Shown in pieces: positions 9,531-19,574 of a stretch of DNA of 64,000 nucleotides. Made by a program: the position numbers and the translations under genes. This stretch comes from Acidobacteriota bacterium. Its GTDB lineage: Bacteria > Acidobacteriota > Thermoanaerobaculia > UBA5066 > Gp7-AA6. Below the pieces are notes generated by a model. That model saw only the letters and a program-made list of their open reading frames with translations. It was not told the DNA's origin and did no database searches. Numbering within the stretch: position 1 is the stretch's first letter; every line of letters begins with the position of its first letter. Where the stretch lies: the NCBI GenBank assembly GCA_039931865.1, contig JBDTRB010000005.1, positions 137-64,136 on the forward strand, written 5' to 3'.

Positions 9531-10736
9531 GTGCTCGGCATCCGGCCGAAGCTCGTTTTTTCCCCGGGCGGCGTCGAAGAGGCGGCGGAGGTCATGGCGC
9601 AATGCGCGCGCGACGCGGCCAGGCTTCTCTTCGTCGGGGGCGGCACGGACCTCGACGCGGGCCAGCCCCCCGAGAGCATCGACGCGGTTCTCCGCACGGG
9701 GGGGCTCGGGCGCATTCTCGAGCACGCGCCGTCGGATCAGATCGTCGTCGCCGAGGCGGGGGTCCCGCTCGCTGCCCTGCAGAGGGCGGTCGGCGCGCAC
9801 GGACAGAGACTCGCCCTCGACCCGCCCTGGCCCGAGCGCGCGACGCTCGGCGGCCTGGTCGCGACAAACGCATTCGGTCCTCTGCGCGCGCGGTACGGCT
9901 CGATCCGTGACCTGATCATCGGCGTGTCGATCGTGCGCGCGGACGGCATCCTGTCGCGCGGCGGCGGGAAAGTCGTGAAAAACGTCGCTGGCTTCGACAT
10001 CCCGAAACTCATGGTCGGCTCGCTTGGCACGCTGGGACTCATCTCGACGGTGACCTTTCGGCTCCATCCGCTTCCGGAGACTTCGGCAATGGTCGTGGTC
10101 CCGGGCTGCTCCGCCGCGCTCCTCCGGAAGCTCGTCCGCGAGATGCGCCGCGCGCAGCTCGAGCCCGCGTCCGCCGTCGCGATCCTGTCGGGGCCGGGTG
10201 TCTTCGACCTGGGGGTCCAGTTCGAAGGGTTCGCCGCGGGAGTCGATCAGCAGCGCGAGCGTTTCCTGGCGCTCATGGGACCGGGCACGCGCGCCGAGGT
10301 TGTCGACGCCGGCGGCCGCGCGGCGTTTCAGACGCGCCACGACGCGGTCCGCGGCGCTCACTCGCTGCGGGCAAAGATCACGGCGCCCCGCTCCGAGGTG
10401 GAGGCCGTTTCGTCGGAGGTCGTGGAGAAGGTCCTAGACGCCCTCGAGAGCGGGGGCGCCGTCTGGTATCCGACTTTCGGAATCGGCTTTCTCGGCGGAG
10501 ACGCCCGCCCCGGGAGCAGCGAGCCCCCCGCTTCCGCTTCGGCGCTTCTTTCCGCCCGGTCCGTCCTCGCGCTTCTCGGCGGGTCCCTCACGGTCCAGGC
10601 GGCGCCGGCGCCGATCCGGTCCCGCCTCGACGCGTGGGGAGAGCGGCCCCAATCCTGGCCGTTGCAGCAGGCCATGAAGTCGCGCCTCGACCCGGACGGG
10701 CGCCTCGCTCCCGGCCGCTTCGTCGGAGGGCTGTAG
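9531..10736 (+). CDS. glcE: Glycolate oxidase subunit GlcE; start may be CTG at 9492
   Basis: ATLGGLVATN, GGKVVKNVAGFD, GSLGTLG; lies between glcD and glcF. Confidence 0.88.
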   Translation: MLGIRPKLVFSPGGVEEAAEVMAQCARDAARLLFVGGGTDLDAGQPPESIDAVLRTGGLGRILEHAPSDQIVVAEAGVPLAALQRAVGAHGQRLALDPPWPERATLGGLVATNAFGPLRARYGSIRDLIIGVSIVRADGILSRGGGKVVKNVAGFDIPKLMVGSLGTLGLISTVTFRLHPLPETSAMVVVPGCSAALLRKLVREMRRAQLEPASAVAILSGPGVFDLGVQFEGFAAGVDQQRERFLALMGPGTRAEVVDAGGRAAFQTRHDAVRGAHSLRAKITAPRSEVEAVSSEVVEKVLDALESGGAVWYPTFGIGFLGGDARPGSSEPPASASALLSARSVLALLGGSLTVQAAPAPIRSRLDAWGERPQSWPLQQAMKSRLDPDGRLAPGRFVGGL

Positions 10737-10737
10737 C

Positions 10738-12078
10738 GTGGTCGTCGAGAGCGGACCGCATGGTCTCCAGCCCGTGACGGAAGAGGGCGCGCCCCCCCGA
10801 ACTGGCGGCCGCACGCTGATCGACGATTGCGTCCACTGCGGGTTCTGCCTGCCCGCGTGTCCGACCTACAACTCGTGGAGCGAGGAAATGGACTCGCCGA
10901 GGGGGCGCATCGACCTGATGCGCGGGCTCGCGGAAGGCAAGCTCACGTTCACGGACACGGTCGTGGCGCATTTCGACCGCTGCCTCGGGTGCATGGGCTG
11001 CCTGACGGCGTGCCCCTCCGGAGTGCGGTACGACGTTTTGATCGAGGAGACCCGCGCCGCGATCGAGAAGGACTACCGCCGCCCGATCGGCGATCGCCTC
11101 TACCGTGGGTCCCTCTTCCTTCTTTTCCCGTATCCCGCGCGGCTGAAGGTGGTTCGGAGACTGCTGGCGCTCTACTCGGCCGTCGGGCTGCGCCGGCTTG
11201 TCCACGCGTCCGGCCTGCTCACGATCCTTCCGCGCCGGCTCGCGCAACTCGAGGCGTTGATGCCGCCGGTGCGGAGGGACGCGCCCTCCTCCGACCTGCC
11301 GGAGAAAACCGCCGGCGCCGCTCCCGTCCGAGCCCGCGTCGGACTCGTCGCCGGCTGCGTGCAGCGGATATTCTTTCCCGAGGTGAACCAGGCGACTGTC
11401 CGCGCGCTCTCGGCCGAAGGGTGCGATGTGTCGGTCCCTGAGGGGCAGGGGTGCTGCGGCGCGCTGTCCATGCACGCCGGGCGGGACGGCGAAGCGCTCG
11501 CGTTCGCTCGCGGCCTGATCGCGCACTTCGAGAACCGGAACCTCGACGCGATCATCGTGAACGCGGCGGGCTGCGGCTCGCACCTGAAGGACTACGGGCG
11601 CCTTCTGGCGGTGGATCCCGCGTGGGCGGAGCGCGCGGCGGCGTTTTCCTCGCGCGTGCGCGACGTCTCGGAGTTCCTCGCGGCCCTCGGCCCCGCGGCG
11701 ACGCGTCACCCGCTGCCGCTGCGCGTCGCGTATCACGACGCCTGCCATCTCGCGCATGCGCAGCGCGTCCGCGATCAGCCGCGGGATCTCCTCCGGGCAA
11801 TCCCCGGCCTGGAGATCCTGGAAGTCCCGGAGGGCGACCAGTGCTGCGGAAGCGCCGGGATTTACAACCTGACGGAGCCCGCGAGCGCGGACGAGATCGG
11901 CCGGCGAAAGGCCGCGAACGTGCTTTCCACGGGAGCCGACCTTCTCGCGAGCGCGAACCCCGGATGCACGCTTCAGATCCAGACGATCCTGAGAGAGCAG
12001 GGGAGTGAGATCCGTGCCGCGCACCCGATCGAGATTCTCGACGCCTCCCTCCGGGGCGTCTCATTTCCCGCCCGATGA
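10738..12078 (+). CDS. glcF: Glycolate oxidase iron-sulfur subunit
   Basis: CVHCGFCLPACPTY, CLGCMGCLTACPSGV, two CCG domains (CCGAL, CCGSAG). Confidence 0.94.
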   Translation: MVVESGPHGLQPVTEEGAPPRTGGRTLIDDCVHCGFCLPACPTYNSWSEEMDSPRGRIDLMRGLAEGKLTFTDTVVAHFDRCLGCMGCLTACPSGVRYDVLIEETRAAIEKDYRRPIGDRLYRGSLFLLFPYPARLKVVRRLLALYSAVGLRRLVHASGLLTILPRRLAQLEALMPPVRRDAPSSDLPEKTAGAAPVRARVGLVAGCVQRIFFPEVNQATVRALSAEGCDVSVPEGQGCCGALSMHAGRDGEALAFARGLIAHFENRNLDAIIVNAAGCGSHLKDYGRLLAVDPAWAERAAAFSSRVRDVSEFLAALGPAATRHPLPLRVAYHDACHLAHAQRVRDQPRDLLRAIPGLEILEVPEGDQCCGSAGIYNLTEPASADEIGRRKAANVLSTGADLLASANPGCTLQIQTILREQGSEIRAAHPIEILDASLRGVSFPAR

Positions 12079-13445
12079 CGGAGCGCTCTGCCGGGCCGCC
12101 CAAAGCGCGCGTCCTGCTGGTGGACGCCGACGCCGCACTCCGGGAAAACCTTCAGCGAGTTCTGCAGATCGACGGCTACGAGGCTTCGGAAGCCGCCTCG
12201 TGCGCGGTGGCCCTCGAGTCCTTTCGCGCGTCGCGCCCCGACCTGACCGTCCTCTCCGCGCAGCTTCCGGACGGCTCCGCGGTCGACCTGCTGCGCGAGA
12301 TTCGAAAGATCGACCCTGCGGCTTCGAGCGTCGTCCTCGCCCGATACGAGGACCTGGAGCTCGCGGCTCTCGCCCTGCAGGAAGGCGCCGAGCAGTTTCT
12401 GACCAAGCCCGTCCACCTGGCCGCGTTTCTCCTCGTGGTCGACCGTGTGCTCGAGAACGCACGCAACCGGCGGAGGGCGATGCGGGAGGCGGCCCGGAGC
12501 GCGCGCGAGCGCATCGACCCGTTTCGCGGAAGCGGTGCGGCCATCCGCGTGCTCGCGGACCGCGCACGCCGGGTCGCGGACGCGGGCGCGCCGATCCTGA
12601 TCCACGGGGAGACGGGAACGGGCAAGGGAGTGCTCGCCGCGTGGATCCACCGGAACGGACCGCGCTCCGAAGAATGCTTCCTGGACCTGAACTGCGCGGG
12701 CCTGTCACCCGAGTTTCTGGAAAGCGAGCTCTTCGGCCACGAGAAGGGAGCGTTTACCGGGGCCGCGGCTGCCAAGCCGGGGCTCCTCGACGTCGCCCAC
12801 CGCGGGACGCTTTTCTTAGACGAGATCGGCGACGTTCCTCTCTCCGTCCAGCCGAAGCTCCTCAAGGTGCTCGAAGAGAAAAAGTTCCGCCGGCTCGGAG
12901 ACGTCCGGGAGCGGCAGGTGGACATCCGTCTCGTCGCCGCGTCCCACGAGAACCTGGCGTCGCTGGTCGAGAAAAAGCACTTCCGGCCGGACCTGTACTT
13001 CCGGATCAACACCGTCATCCTCGAGATCCCCCCGCTGCGTGAGAGGCCGGACGACATCGCGGATCTCGCCGCTTCCCTTCTGGACGACATCTCGCGAGAC
13101 CTCGGCCGGGACGCGGTGCGGCTCAAGCCCGCCGCGGTTACCAGCCTCTGCGCTTACGAGTGGCCCGGCAACGTCCGCGAGCTGCGGAACGTCCTCGAGC
13201 GCGCCATGCTCCTCGGCCACGGAACCGAGATCGGACCGGCCGAGCTCGGGCTCGGGGCGCCCCGGCTTCAGGACCCGGCGGGCCGGCGCGACCTGAGCCT
13301 CCTGGAGACCGAGAAGGACCTGATCAGGCGGGCGCTCGAGCTCGAAGGCGGGCGCGTCGAGCGGGCCGCGACTTCGCTCGGAATCTCGCGCAGCTCGCTC
13401 TACCAGAAGATCCGCAGATACGGACTCGCGGTTTCGAAGACCTGA
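12075..13445 (+). CDS. Sigma-54-dependent NtrC-family activator with atypical receiver domain
   Basis: GETGTGK, ESELFGHEKGAFTGA, FLDEIG, WPGNVREL, C-terminal Fis-type HTH. Confidence 0.93.
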   Translation: MTERSAGPPKARVLLVDADAALRENLQRVLQIDGYEASEAASCAVALESFRASRPDLTVLSAQLPDGSAVDLLREIRKIDPAASSVVLARYEDLELAALALQEGAEQFLTKPVHLAAFLLVVDRVLENARNRRRAMREAARSARERIDPFRGSGAAIRVLADRARRVADAGAPILIHGETGTGKGVLAAWIHRNGPRSEECFLDLNCAGLSPEFLESELFGHEKGAFTGAAAAKPGLLDVAHRGTLFLDEIGDVPLSVQPKLLKVLEEKKFRRLGDVRERQVDIRLVAASHENLASLVEKKHFRPDLYFRINTVILEIPPLRERPDDIADLAASLLDDISRDLGRDAVRLKPAAVTSLCAYEWPGNVRELRNVLERAMLLGHGTEIGPAELGLGAPRLQDPAGRRDLSLLETEKDLIRRALELEGGRVERAATSLGISRSSLYQKIRRYGLAVSKT

Positions 13446-13579
13446 TCGCATCGCTCGTCGTCCAGGAACTGGAACGTTGTCGTCCGGAATCCGCACACAA
13501 GCGCGCTCCTTCCGGCACTCTGACGAGCGAATTCACTGAAAACAGAAGGCATCGTTCGAACCGTCCGCCGCGCGCCCCG

Positions 13580-13595
13580 TGGTCATCGGCTTGCT
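13580..13595 (+). promoter_or_regulatory. Candidate sigma-54 (-24/-12) promoter
   Basis: TGGTCATCGGCTTGCT has GG-N10-GC spacing; directly downstream of a sigma-54 activator gene and upstream of an AAGGAGG RBS. Confidence 0.65.
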
Positions 13596-13631
13596 CTCTC
13601 TCCCTGCGTGGGCCAATACAAGGAGGCGGTC

Positions 13632-13874
13632 ATGACGGAGACGAAGCTGCAGGTGGTGAAGAGCCGGAGTCCCTGGAGCGAAGGGTGGATGGGCGTCGCG
13701 ATGGGCATCACGCTGATCGGCTCGGCGCTGCTCACGATGGGAGGAACGTCCTCGAAGGCTCCCGCGACCCGCGAGACGTCTTCCGCGAGCGCCGCCGCCT
13801 CCGCCGACAGCGGTCGGGCCCTTACGGCGGATGCGGATGCGGACCGGGACACCCTGGATCTGCAGCTCGACTGA
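13632..13874 (+). CDS. Small single-TM hypothetical protein (80 aa)
   Basis: AAGGAGG RBS, ATG at 13632, hydrophobic segment WMGVAMGITLIGSALLTM, acidic tail. Confidence 0.65.
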   Translation: MTETKLQVVKSRSPWSEGWMGVAMGITLIGSALLTMGGTSSKAPATRETSSASAAASADSGRALTADADADRDTLDLQLD

Positions 13875-13980
13875 ATCGGCGGCCTTCCCGGGACGAGAGC
13901 ACGCAGGCTCTCGTCCCGGGCGTCCCGGGTGTAGGTTGCCTCCCGGGCCGGAAGACCGGTTTAGACAGGAGGGGTAGCCG

Positions 13981-14388
13981 ATGCCGCTGGTCCGAGTCTC
14001 GATTCGCGAAGGACAGCCTCCCGCCTTCCGCGCCGCCATTGGAGACGGGATCCACCGCGCGATGGTCAGGACGATCGATATCCCGCCGGACGACCGCTTC
14101 CAGATCTTTTCGGAACACCGGGAAGACGAGCTGATCTACGACCCGGGCTATCTCGGGATCGCGAGAGGCGCGGGGTTCCTCGTCATTCAGATCACCTTGA
14201 ACGGCGGGCGAACGCTCGAAAAAAAGCGCGCGCTCTACGCGGCGATTGCCGAGAATCTTGCGGCCGATCCGGGCGTCCGGCCGGAGGACATCCTGGTGAC
14301 GCTCGTCGAAGTGTCGAAGGAGGACTGGTCGTTCGGGAAGGGACTCGCGTCCTACGCGTCGCCTCCGTCGCTTCCGCTCACTCCCTGA
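13981..14388 (+). CDS. Tautomerase-superfamily protein (MSAD/Tautomerase_2-like)
   Basis: N-terminal Pro (MPLVRVS), PPDDRFQI, GRTLEKKRALY, EDWSFGKG; AGGAGG RBS. Confidence 0.88.
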   Translation: MPLVRVSIREGQPPAFRAAIGDGIHRAMVRTIDIPPDDRFQIFSEHREDELIYDPGYLGIARGAGFLVIQITLNGGRTLEKKRALYAAIAENLAADPGVRPEDILVTLVEVSKEDWSFGKGLASYASPPSLPLTP

Positions 14389-14610
14389 CGTGCTTTCGCC
14401 GCGTCGCGGCGAAGGCACCGGCGAGCGGCTCGGCCGGATGCGGCCTTCGACCGCTCGCCTCGTCCCTCCGTTCGCTGCGGCTCCCGCCCCGAGAGGCTCC
14501 TCCCTCCCTCTGGTCGGGAGACTCCTCTCGGGGCGAGCGTAGCCACCATCTCGCCGAAAGCGCAGCTCTGCGCGCTCTCCCCGCAAGCCGGCGAGAGGGT
14601 GGGGCGATGG
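14357..14610 (+). repeat. Structured intergenic repeat, copy 1 of 3
   Basis: Shares core GGCACCGG..GGCTCGGCCGGATGCGGCC..TCCCTCCG..GAGAGGCTCCTCC..GGAGACTCCTCTC..GCGAGCGTA with 32887-33141 and 36533-36771. Confidence 0.9.
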
Positions 14611-14682
14611 GCGGAGGATTCAGCCCGACGGGCCTCGTCTCGAGGTACGGATGAATTCCTGCCCTCAGCGATAATCGAGCCC

Positions 14683-17187
14683 TTGGCGAAATCCTCCGGC
14701 GCCCCGACGGTTCACAAGTTTGGCGGAGCCTCGCTCGCCGACGGGAAAGCGCTCGCGCATGCGTTGTCCCTGGTGGAGTCCGCCTCCCGGCCTGCGGTGG
14801 TGGTCGTCTCGGCCTTTGCCGGGGTCACGGACGCGCTCCTCGCGATCGCGCGTGCGGAGTCGTCCGGTGATTCCTCCGGCAGGGATCGCGCCCGGGCGCT
14901 GCGGGATCGTTACCGCGCGGCCGCGAAGCTCGTGGTCCGCGATCAAGCCGCGCGGCGCCGGGTCCTCGGAGAGGTCGACCGTTCCTTCGCGGAGGTCGAA
15001 GCGCTCGTCGGCGCACCGCGATTTCTGAGGGAGCTGTCGTTGTCCGGCGTCGACCACATCCTCGTTCGCGGCGAGCAGCTCGCGGCTCTGGTCTTCGCGG
15101 CAGGTCTCGCCGATCGTGGCATTCGCGCCGAATACGTGGACGCCGTCGGGATGATCGCGACCGACGGACGTCCGGGACAGGCGTTCCCGGATCTTCCCTC
15201 GACCGACCGCAAGGTGCGCGCGCGGCTCCGGCCGCTTCTTCTGGGAGGAACGATTCCGGTCGTTCCGGGCTTTGTCGGCACCGGCTCGGACGGCCGCCCG
15301 GTGACGCTCGGGCGCGGCGGGTCCGACCTGACCGCAACCCTGATAGGACGGGCTCTCGCCGCCCGCGCCGTCCTGCTCTGGAAGGACGTTCCCGGGTTCC
15401 TGACGGCGGATCCGCGGGTTGTATCCGACGCGCGTGTGATCCAGCAATTGAACGTGCGGGAGGCGGCAGAGCTCGCCTATTACGGCGCAAGAGTCCTGCA
15501 GCCCCGCGCCCTGATCCCGCTCGCCGGCCGCAGAGTCCCCGTTTTCGTCCGTCCGTTCGACGAACCTGAACGCGGCGGGACCGAGATTTCCCGGCGCCGC
15601 ACTCTTCCCGGCTATCCCGTGAAAGCGATTTCCGCGATGAGCGCCCAGGCGCTCGTGACGGTCACCGGCAACGGCATGCTGGGAGTCCCCGGTATCGCGG
15701 CGCGGACCTTCGCCTCTCTTCAGCACGAAGGAATCTCCGTTTCGCTCATCTCCCAGGCTTCCTCCGAGCACTCGATCTGTCTGTCGGTGCCCGCGGACCA
15801 CGCGGACGCCGCGCGGCGGAGTCTCGAGTCGGCGTTTTCCGGCGAGCTCGCTCGCGGGGAGCTCGACCGCGTCGACGTCGCGCCCGATCTCGCCACGATC
15901 TCGGTGGTGGGTCTCGGCATGGCGGGAACTCCCGGGATTGCGGCCCGTGTCTTCACGCCGCTCGCGCGCGCCGGGATCAACGTCGTCGCGATCGCCCAGG
16001 GGTCCTCGGAGCTCAACATCTCGTTCGTGGTGTCGTCCGCGCAGGCCGCGGAAGCGCAGAGACGGATCCACGAGGCGTTCCAGCTGTCGAAGATCGGGGG
16101 AGGGGCGGCCGCCGAAGACACCCGGGCGGACGTTGTCCTGCTCGGGTTCGGTCAGGTCGGCCGCACCCTCGCGCGACTTCTCGCCACGCGCGGAAAGCGC
16201 CTTCGCCTGGTCGCGGTGATCGACCGCGGCGGGCTTCGGTTTCAGCCCGGCGGCTTCTCGGCGCCCGCGGTCGCCCGGCTGGTCTCGGCGAAGGCGCGAA
16301 CGGGCTCGGTGGCCGTGGCAGGGGAGCGGCGCCCCCCTCACGCCGCGCTTTCCGCGCTTGCCGCGCTCGCGGAGCACGCGCTGTCCCGCCCGATCCTGGT
16401 GGACGTGACAGCGGAAAATACGGCGGCGCTGCTCGAGGAAGCGGCGCGCGCCGGCTTCGACCTGGTGCTCGCGAACAAGCGGCCGCTCGCAGGCCGCAGC
16501 GAGGAAGCGCGGCGCGTCCACGCGGCGGTCGAGCGGAACGGGCGGAAGATGCGCTTCGAAGCGACCGTCGGAGCGGGACTTCCGGTCCTCGACACGTGGC
16601 GCAAGTTGGTCGAGTCGGGCGACCGCGTTCTGAAGATCGAAGGCTGCCTTTCGGGGACGCTCGGGTTTCTGCTGACGGAGGTCGGCAAGGGCCGCCGGTT
16701 CTCTGAGTCGCTCCTGATGGCGGTCCAGCGCGGGTACGCCGAGCCGGACCCGCGGGAGGACCTGTCGGGCGCCGATGTCGGAAGAAAGGCGCTGATCCTG
16801 GGGCGCCTTCTCGGATACCCGGGAGAGCCGGACTCCGTGCCCGTCGAGAACCTGGTTTCCGAGCGCGCGCGGCGCCTCCCACTCGCCCGGTTCCTCTCTC
16901 AGCTGGCATCCGGCGACGCGGAATGGGAGAGGCGCGTCGCCGCCGCCCGCTCCCACGGAGGGGTGCTTCGGTATGTCGCGTCGGTGACGCGCCGCCGCAT
17001 CCGGGTGGGGCTCGTCGAGGTCGCGCCCGGCGAGCCGTTCGCGAGCCTCTCCGGCACGGACAATCAGGTGGCGTTCACGACCACGCGCTATCGCTCCAAT
17101 CCGCTGATCATCCAGGGGCCGGGCGCCGGCCTGGAGGTCACCGCGGGCGGGATCTTCAACGACGTCGCCATGATTGCCGGCGCATGA
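14683..17187 (+). CDS. thrA: Bifunctional aspartokinase/homoserine dehydrogenase
   Basis: VHKFGGASL, LGRGGSD, DVPGFLTADPR, two ACT domains, GFGQVG, FEATVGAGLP, GPGAG; TTG start at 14683 inferred. Confidence 0.93.
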   Translation: MAKSSGAPTVHKFGGASLADGKALAHALSLVESASRPAVVVVSAFAGVTDALLAIARAESSGDSSGRDRARALRDRYRAAAKLVVRDQAARRRVLGEVDRSFAEVEALVGAPRFLRELSLSGVDHILVRGEQLAALVFAAGLADRGIRAEYVDAVGMIATDGRPGQAFPDLPSTDRKVRARLRPLLLGGTIPVVPGFVGTGSDGRPVTLGRGGSDLTATLIGRALAARAVLLWKDVPGFLTADPRVVSDARVIQQLNVREAAELAYYGARVLQPRALIPLAGRRVPVFVRPFDEPERGGTEISRRRTLPGYPVKAISAMSAQALVTVTGNGMLGVPGIAARTFASLQHEGISVSLISQASSEHSICLSVPADHADAARRSLESAFSGELARGELDRVDVAPDLATISVVGLGMAGTPGIAARVFTPLARAGINVVAIAQGSSELNISFVVSSAQAAEAQRRIHEAFQLSKIGGGAAAEDTRADVVLLGFGQVGRTLARLLATRGKRLRLVAVIDRGGLRFQPGGFSAPAVARLVSAKARTGSVAVAGERRPPHAALSALAALAEHALSRPILVDVTAENTAALLEEAARAGFDLVLANKRPLAGRSEEARRVHAAVERNGRKMRFEATVGAGLPVLDTWRKLVESGDRVLKIEGCLSGTLGFLLTEVGKGRRFSESLLMAVQRGYAEPDPREDLSGADVGRKALILGRLLGYPGEPDSVPVENLVSERARRLPLARFLSQLASGDAEWERRVAAARSHGGVLRYVASVTRRRIRVGLVEVAPGEPFASLSGTDNQVAFTTTRYRSNPLIIQGPGAGLEVTAGGIFNDVAMIAGA

Positions 17188-18122
17188 GGGGATTCCGTGC
17201 GTTCGCCCCGGCGACGGTCGCGAACATGGGACCGGGGCTCGACATCCTCGGACTGGCGCTTTCCGGAGCGGGCGACGTGGTCACGGCGTTTCCCGCGCCG
17301 GGAGGGGAGCTCGTCCTCCGGAGCTCCGGCCATCCCGAGCTGTCGGTGGACCCGGAGCGCAATACGGCCGGGATCGCCGCCGCGGCCGTGCGCCGGAGAG
17401 CCGGCGCGACCGCGAGCGGGATCGCGCTCGATGTCGTCAAGGGGCTGCCTCTTTCCGGCGGACAGGGCGGCAGCGCCGCCTCCGCCGTCGCCGCCGCGTT
17501 CGCGGTCAACGCGTTTCTGGGATCTCCCCTCTCCCGCGCCGAGCTGCTCGAGCCGTGTCTCGAAGCGGAGGAAGCGGTCTCGGGCCGCCACGCCGACAAT
17601 GTCGCGCCCGCGCTGTTCGGAGGCGTGGTCCTGGTCCGGTCGCTCGATCCGCCCGACGTGGTCGAGCTGCGCTGGCCGCAGGGCCTCCTGGTCGTTCTCG
17701 CCGAGCCCGAGCAGCGGCTTTCTACGGGGGAAGCGAGGTCGCGGCTTCCCGACTACGTGCCCCGCGAGATCGCGATCTCCCAGGCGGCGAACGTCGGCTC
17801 TCTCGTCGCGGCGCTCTCGTCGGGAGACTTCGCGCTGCTGAGGCGCTCGATCGAGGACCGCATCGCCGAGCCTGTGCGGGCCGGGCTTCTCCCGGGATTT
17901 GTCGAAGCCAAAGCCGCCGCCCTCGATGCGGGAGCGTTCGGCTGCTCGATCTCGGGGAGCGGCCCGGCGGCGTTCGCCTTCGCGGACGGGGCGAAGAGCG
18001 CGGAGCGGATCTCCGCCGCGATGCGGGATGCGTACACGGCGCGCGGAATCGTCGCGCGGGTGCGGGTGACGCCGGTCGACGGCGAGGGCGCGAGACTGCT
18101 CACGTCTCCGGAGGTTGCATGA
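17184..18122 (+). CDS. thrB: Homoserine kinase
   Basis: APATVANMGPGLD, KGLPLSGGQGGSAAS (GHMP), HADNVAP, SGSGP; ATGA overlap with thrA. Confidence 0.93.
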   Translation: MRGFRAFAPATVANMGPGLDILGLALSGAGDVVTAFPAPGGELVLRSSGHPELSVDPERNTAGIAAAAVRRRAGATASGIALDVVKGLPLSGGQGGSAASAVAAAFAVNAFLGSPLSRAELLEPCLEAEEAVSGRHADNVAPALFGGVVLVRSLDPPDVVELRWPQGLLVVLAEPEQRLSTGEARSRLPDYVPREIAISQAANVGSLVAALSSGDFALLRRSIEDRIAEPVRAGLLPGFVEAKAAALDAGAFGCSISGSGPAAFAFADGAKSAERISAAMRDAYTARGIVARVRVTPVDGEGARLLTSPEVA

Positions 18123-19414
18123 CCGCCGGCGCAAACCGACCGAGCTGGCAGTTCTGCCCGCGCGAAGGCCGCGACATCGAAATCTCGTACCCGAAACCCC
18201 GCTGTTCCTCGTGCGGCGGGCTTCTCGAGGTCCGGCACGCCCCGCCGGCCGAGCGGGGGGCGGATCTCGCCGGGCTGTTCGCGGCGCGCTCCGCGGCGCG
18301 GCGAGGCCTCGATGCGTCGGGAGTCTGGCGCTATCGCGAGCTCGTGCTTCCCGGAGCGGATGCCGACGTCGTGTCGCACCCGGAAGGGAACACGCCCCTG
18401 CTGCGGAGTGCGGCGATCTGCCGCTGGGCGGGCGTCCCCGAGCTCTCCATCAAGCACGAAGGACACAATCCGACGGGATCCTTCAAGGACCGCGGCATGA
18501 CGGTCGGAATCACGGCCGCGCGGCGCATCGGGGCGAGGGCTGTCGCTTGTGCGTCCACGGGAAATACGTCCGCCTCGCTCGCGGCGTACGCGGCGCTCGC
18601 CGGGATCCCGGCCCTCGTCTTCGTCCCGGCGGGGCAGGTCTCGATCGGCAAGCTCGCGCAGACCCTCGCGTACGGCGCGCGGACACTGGTAGTGCGCGGC
18701 GATTTCGACGCGTGCCTCGCGCTGGCGGTCCAGGCGAGCGAATCTCTCGGCGTCTATCTCGTCAACTCCGTGAATCCGTTCCGCCTCGAAGGGCAGAAGA
18801 CGATCGTGTTCGAAGCTCTCGAGCAGCTTTCCTGGGAGCCGCCGGACTGGATCGTACTTCCCGCCGGCAACCTCGGAAACACCTCCGCTTTCGGCAAGGC
18901 GCTCTCGCAAGCGCGGGATCTCGGGCTGATCTCCCGCGTCCCGCGCCTTGCGGCGGTGCAGGCCGAAGGCGCGAATCCGTTCGCGAGGAGCTTCCGGGAC
19001 GGGTTCGCCGCGACGCATCCCCTGAAGGCCGAGACGGTCGCGACCGCGATCCGCATCGGCGACCCGGCGTCGCACGACCGCGGTGTCGCCGCGATCCGTT
19101 CGACGGGAGGGGTCGTGACGGACGTGACCGACGCGGAAATCCTGGAGGCGAAGGCCGTCGTGGATGCCGCCGGAATCGGGTGCGAGCCCGCGAGCGCGGC
19201 CTCGATCGCCGGAACGCGCAGGCTGGTCGGCGAGGGGGTGATCAAACCGGGAGAGAGCGTCCTCGCGGTTCTCACGGGGCACATCCTGAAGGATCCCGGC
19301 GCGATCCTGACCTACCACCAGGACATGGACCCCGCGCCAGTGGGCGCCAACCGGCCGATCGAGATAGAACCGTCCCTCGGGGAAGTCGAGCGGGTGATGA
19401 AGGCCCCGCGCTAG
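18119..19414 (+). CDS. thrC: Threonine synthase
   Basis: EGNTPL, NPTGSFKDRG (PLP lysine), CASTGNTSAS, NSVNPFRLEGQKT. Confidence 0.94.
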   Translation: MTAGANRPSWQFCPREGRDIEISYPKPRCSSCGGLLEVRHAPPAERGADLAGLFAARSAARRGLDASGVWRYRELVLPGADADVVSHPEGNTPLLRSAAICRWAGVPELSIKHEGHNPTGSFKDRGMTVGITAARRIGARAVACASTGNTSASLAAYAALAGIPALVFVPAGQVSIGKLAQTLAYGARTLVVRGDFDACLALAVQASESLGVYLVNSVNPFRLEGQKTIVFEALEQLSWEPPDWIVLPAGNLGNTSAFGKALSQARDLGLISRVPRLAAVQAEGANPFARSFRDGFAATHPLKAETVATAIRIGDPASHDRGVAAIRSTGGVVTDVTDAEILEAKAVVDAAGIGCEPASAASIAGTRRLVGEGVIKPGESVLAVLTGHILKDPGAILTYHQDMDPAPVGANRPIEIEPSLGEVERVMKAPR

Positions 19415-19457
19415 TTGCTAGTTGTTAGTTGCTAGTTGCTAGTTGCTAGTTGATAGT
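19411..19457. repeat. Heptamer tandem repeat (CTAGTTG)x~6.5
   Basis: ctagttg ctagttg ttagttg ctagttg ctagttg ctagttg atagt, starting at the thrC stop. Confidence 0.92.
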
Positions 19458-19574
19458 CCTCATCCCTCCGATTCCGACGCCCGGCCCCGGCCACCCCGAA
19501 CTCTCCCCCTGGAGCGGGGAGAGGGAGGAGGCGCGCTATCGCCCTCGTGGCGAATGCGACGGTAGTATTCGCTC

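Noticed and set aside
14390-14682. Thr attenuator or leader peptide upstream of thrA
   Set aside because: No Thr/Ile-rich mini-ORF or U-tract; the hairpins belong to the dispersed repeat also found at unrelated loci
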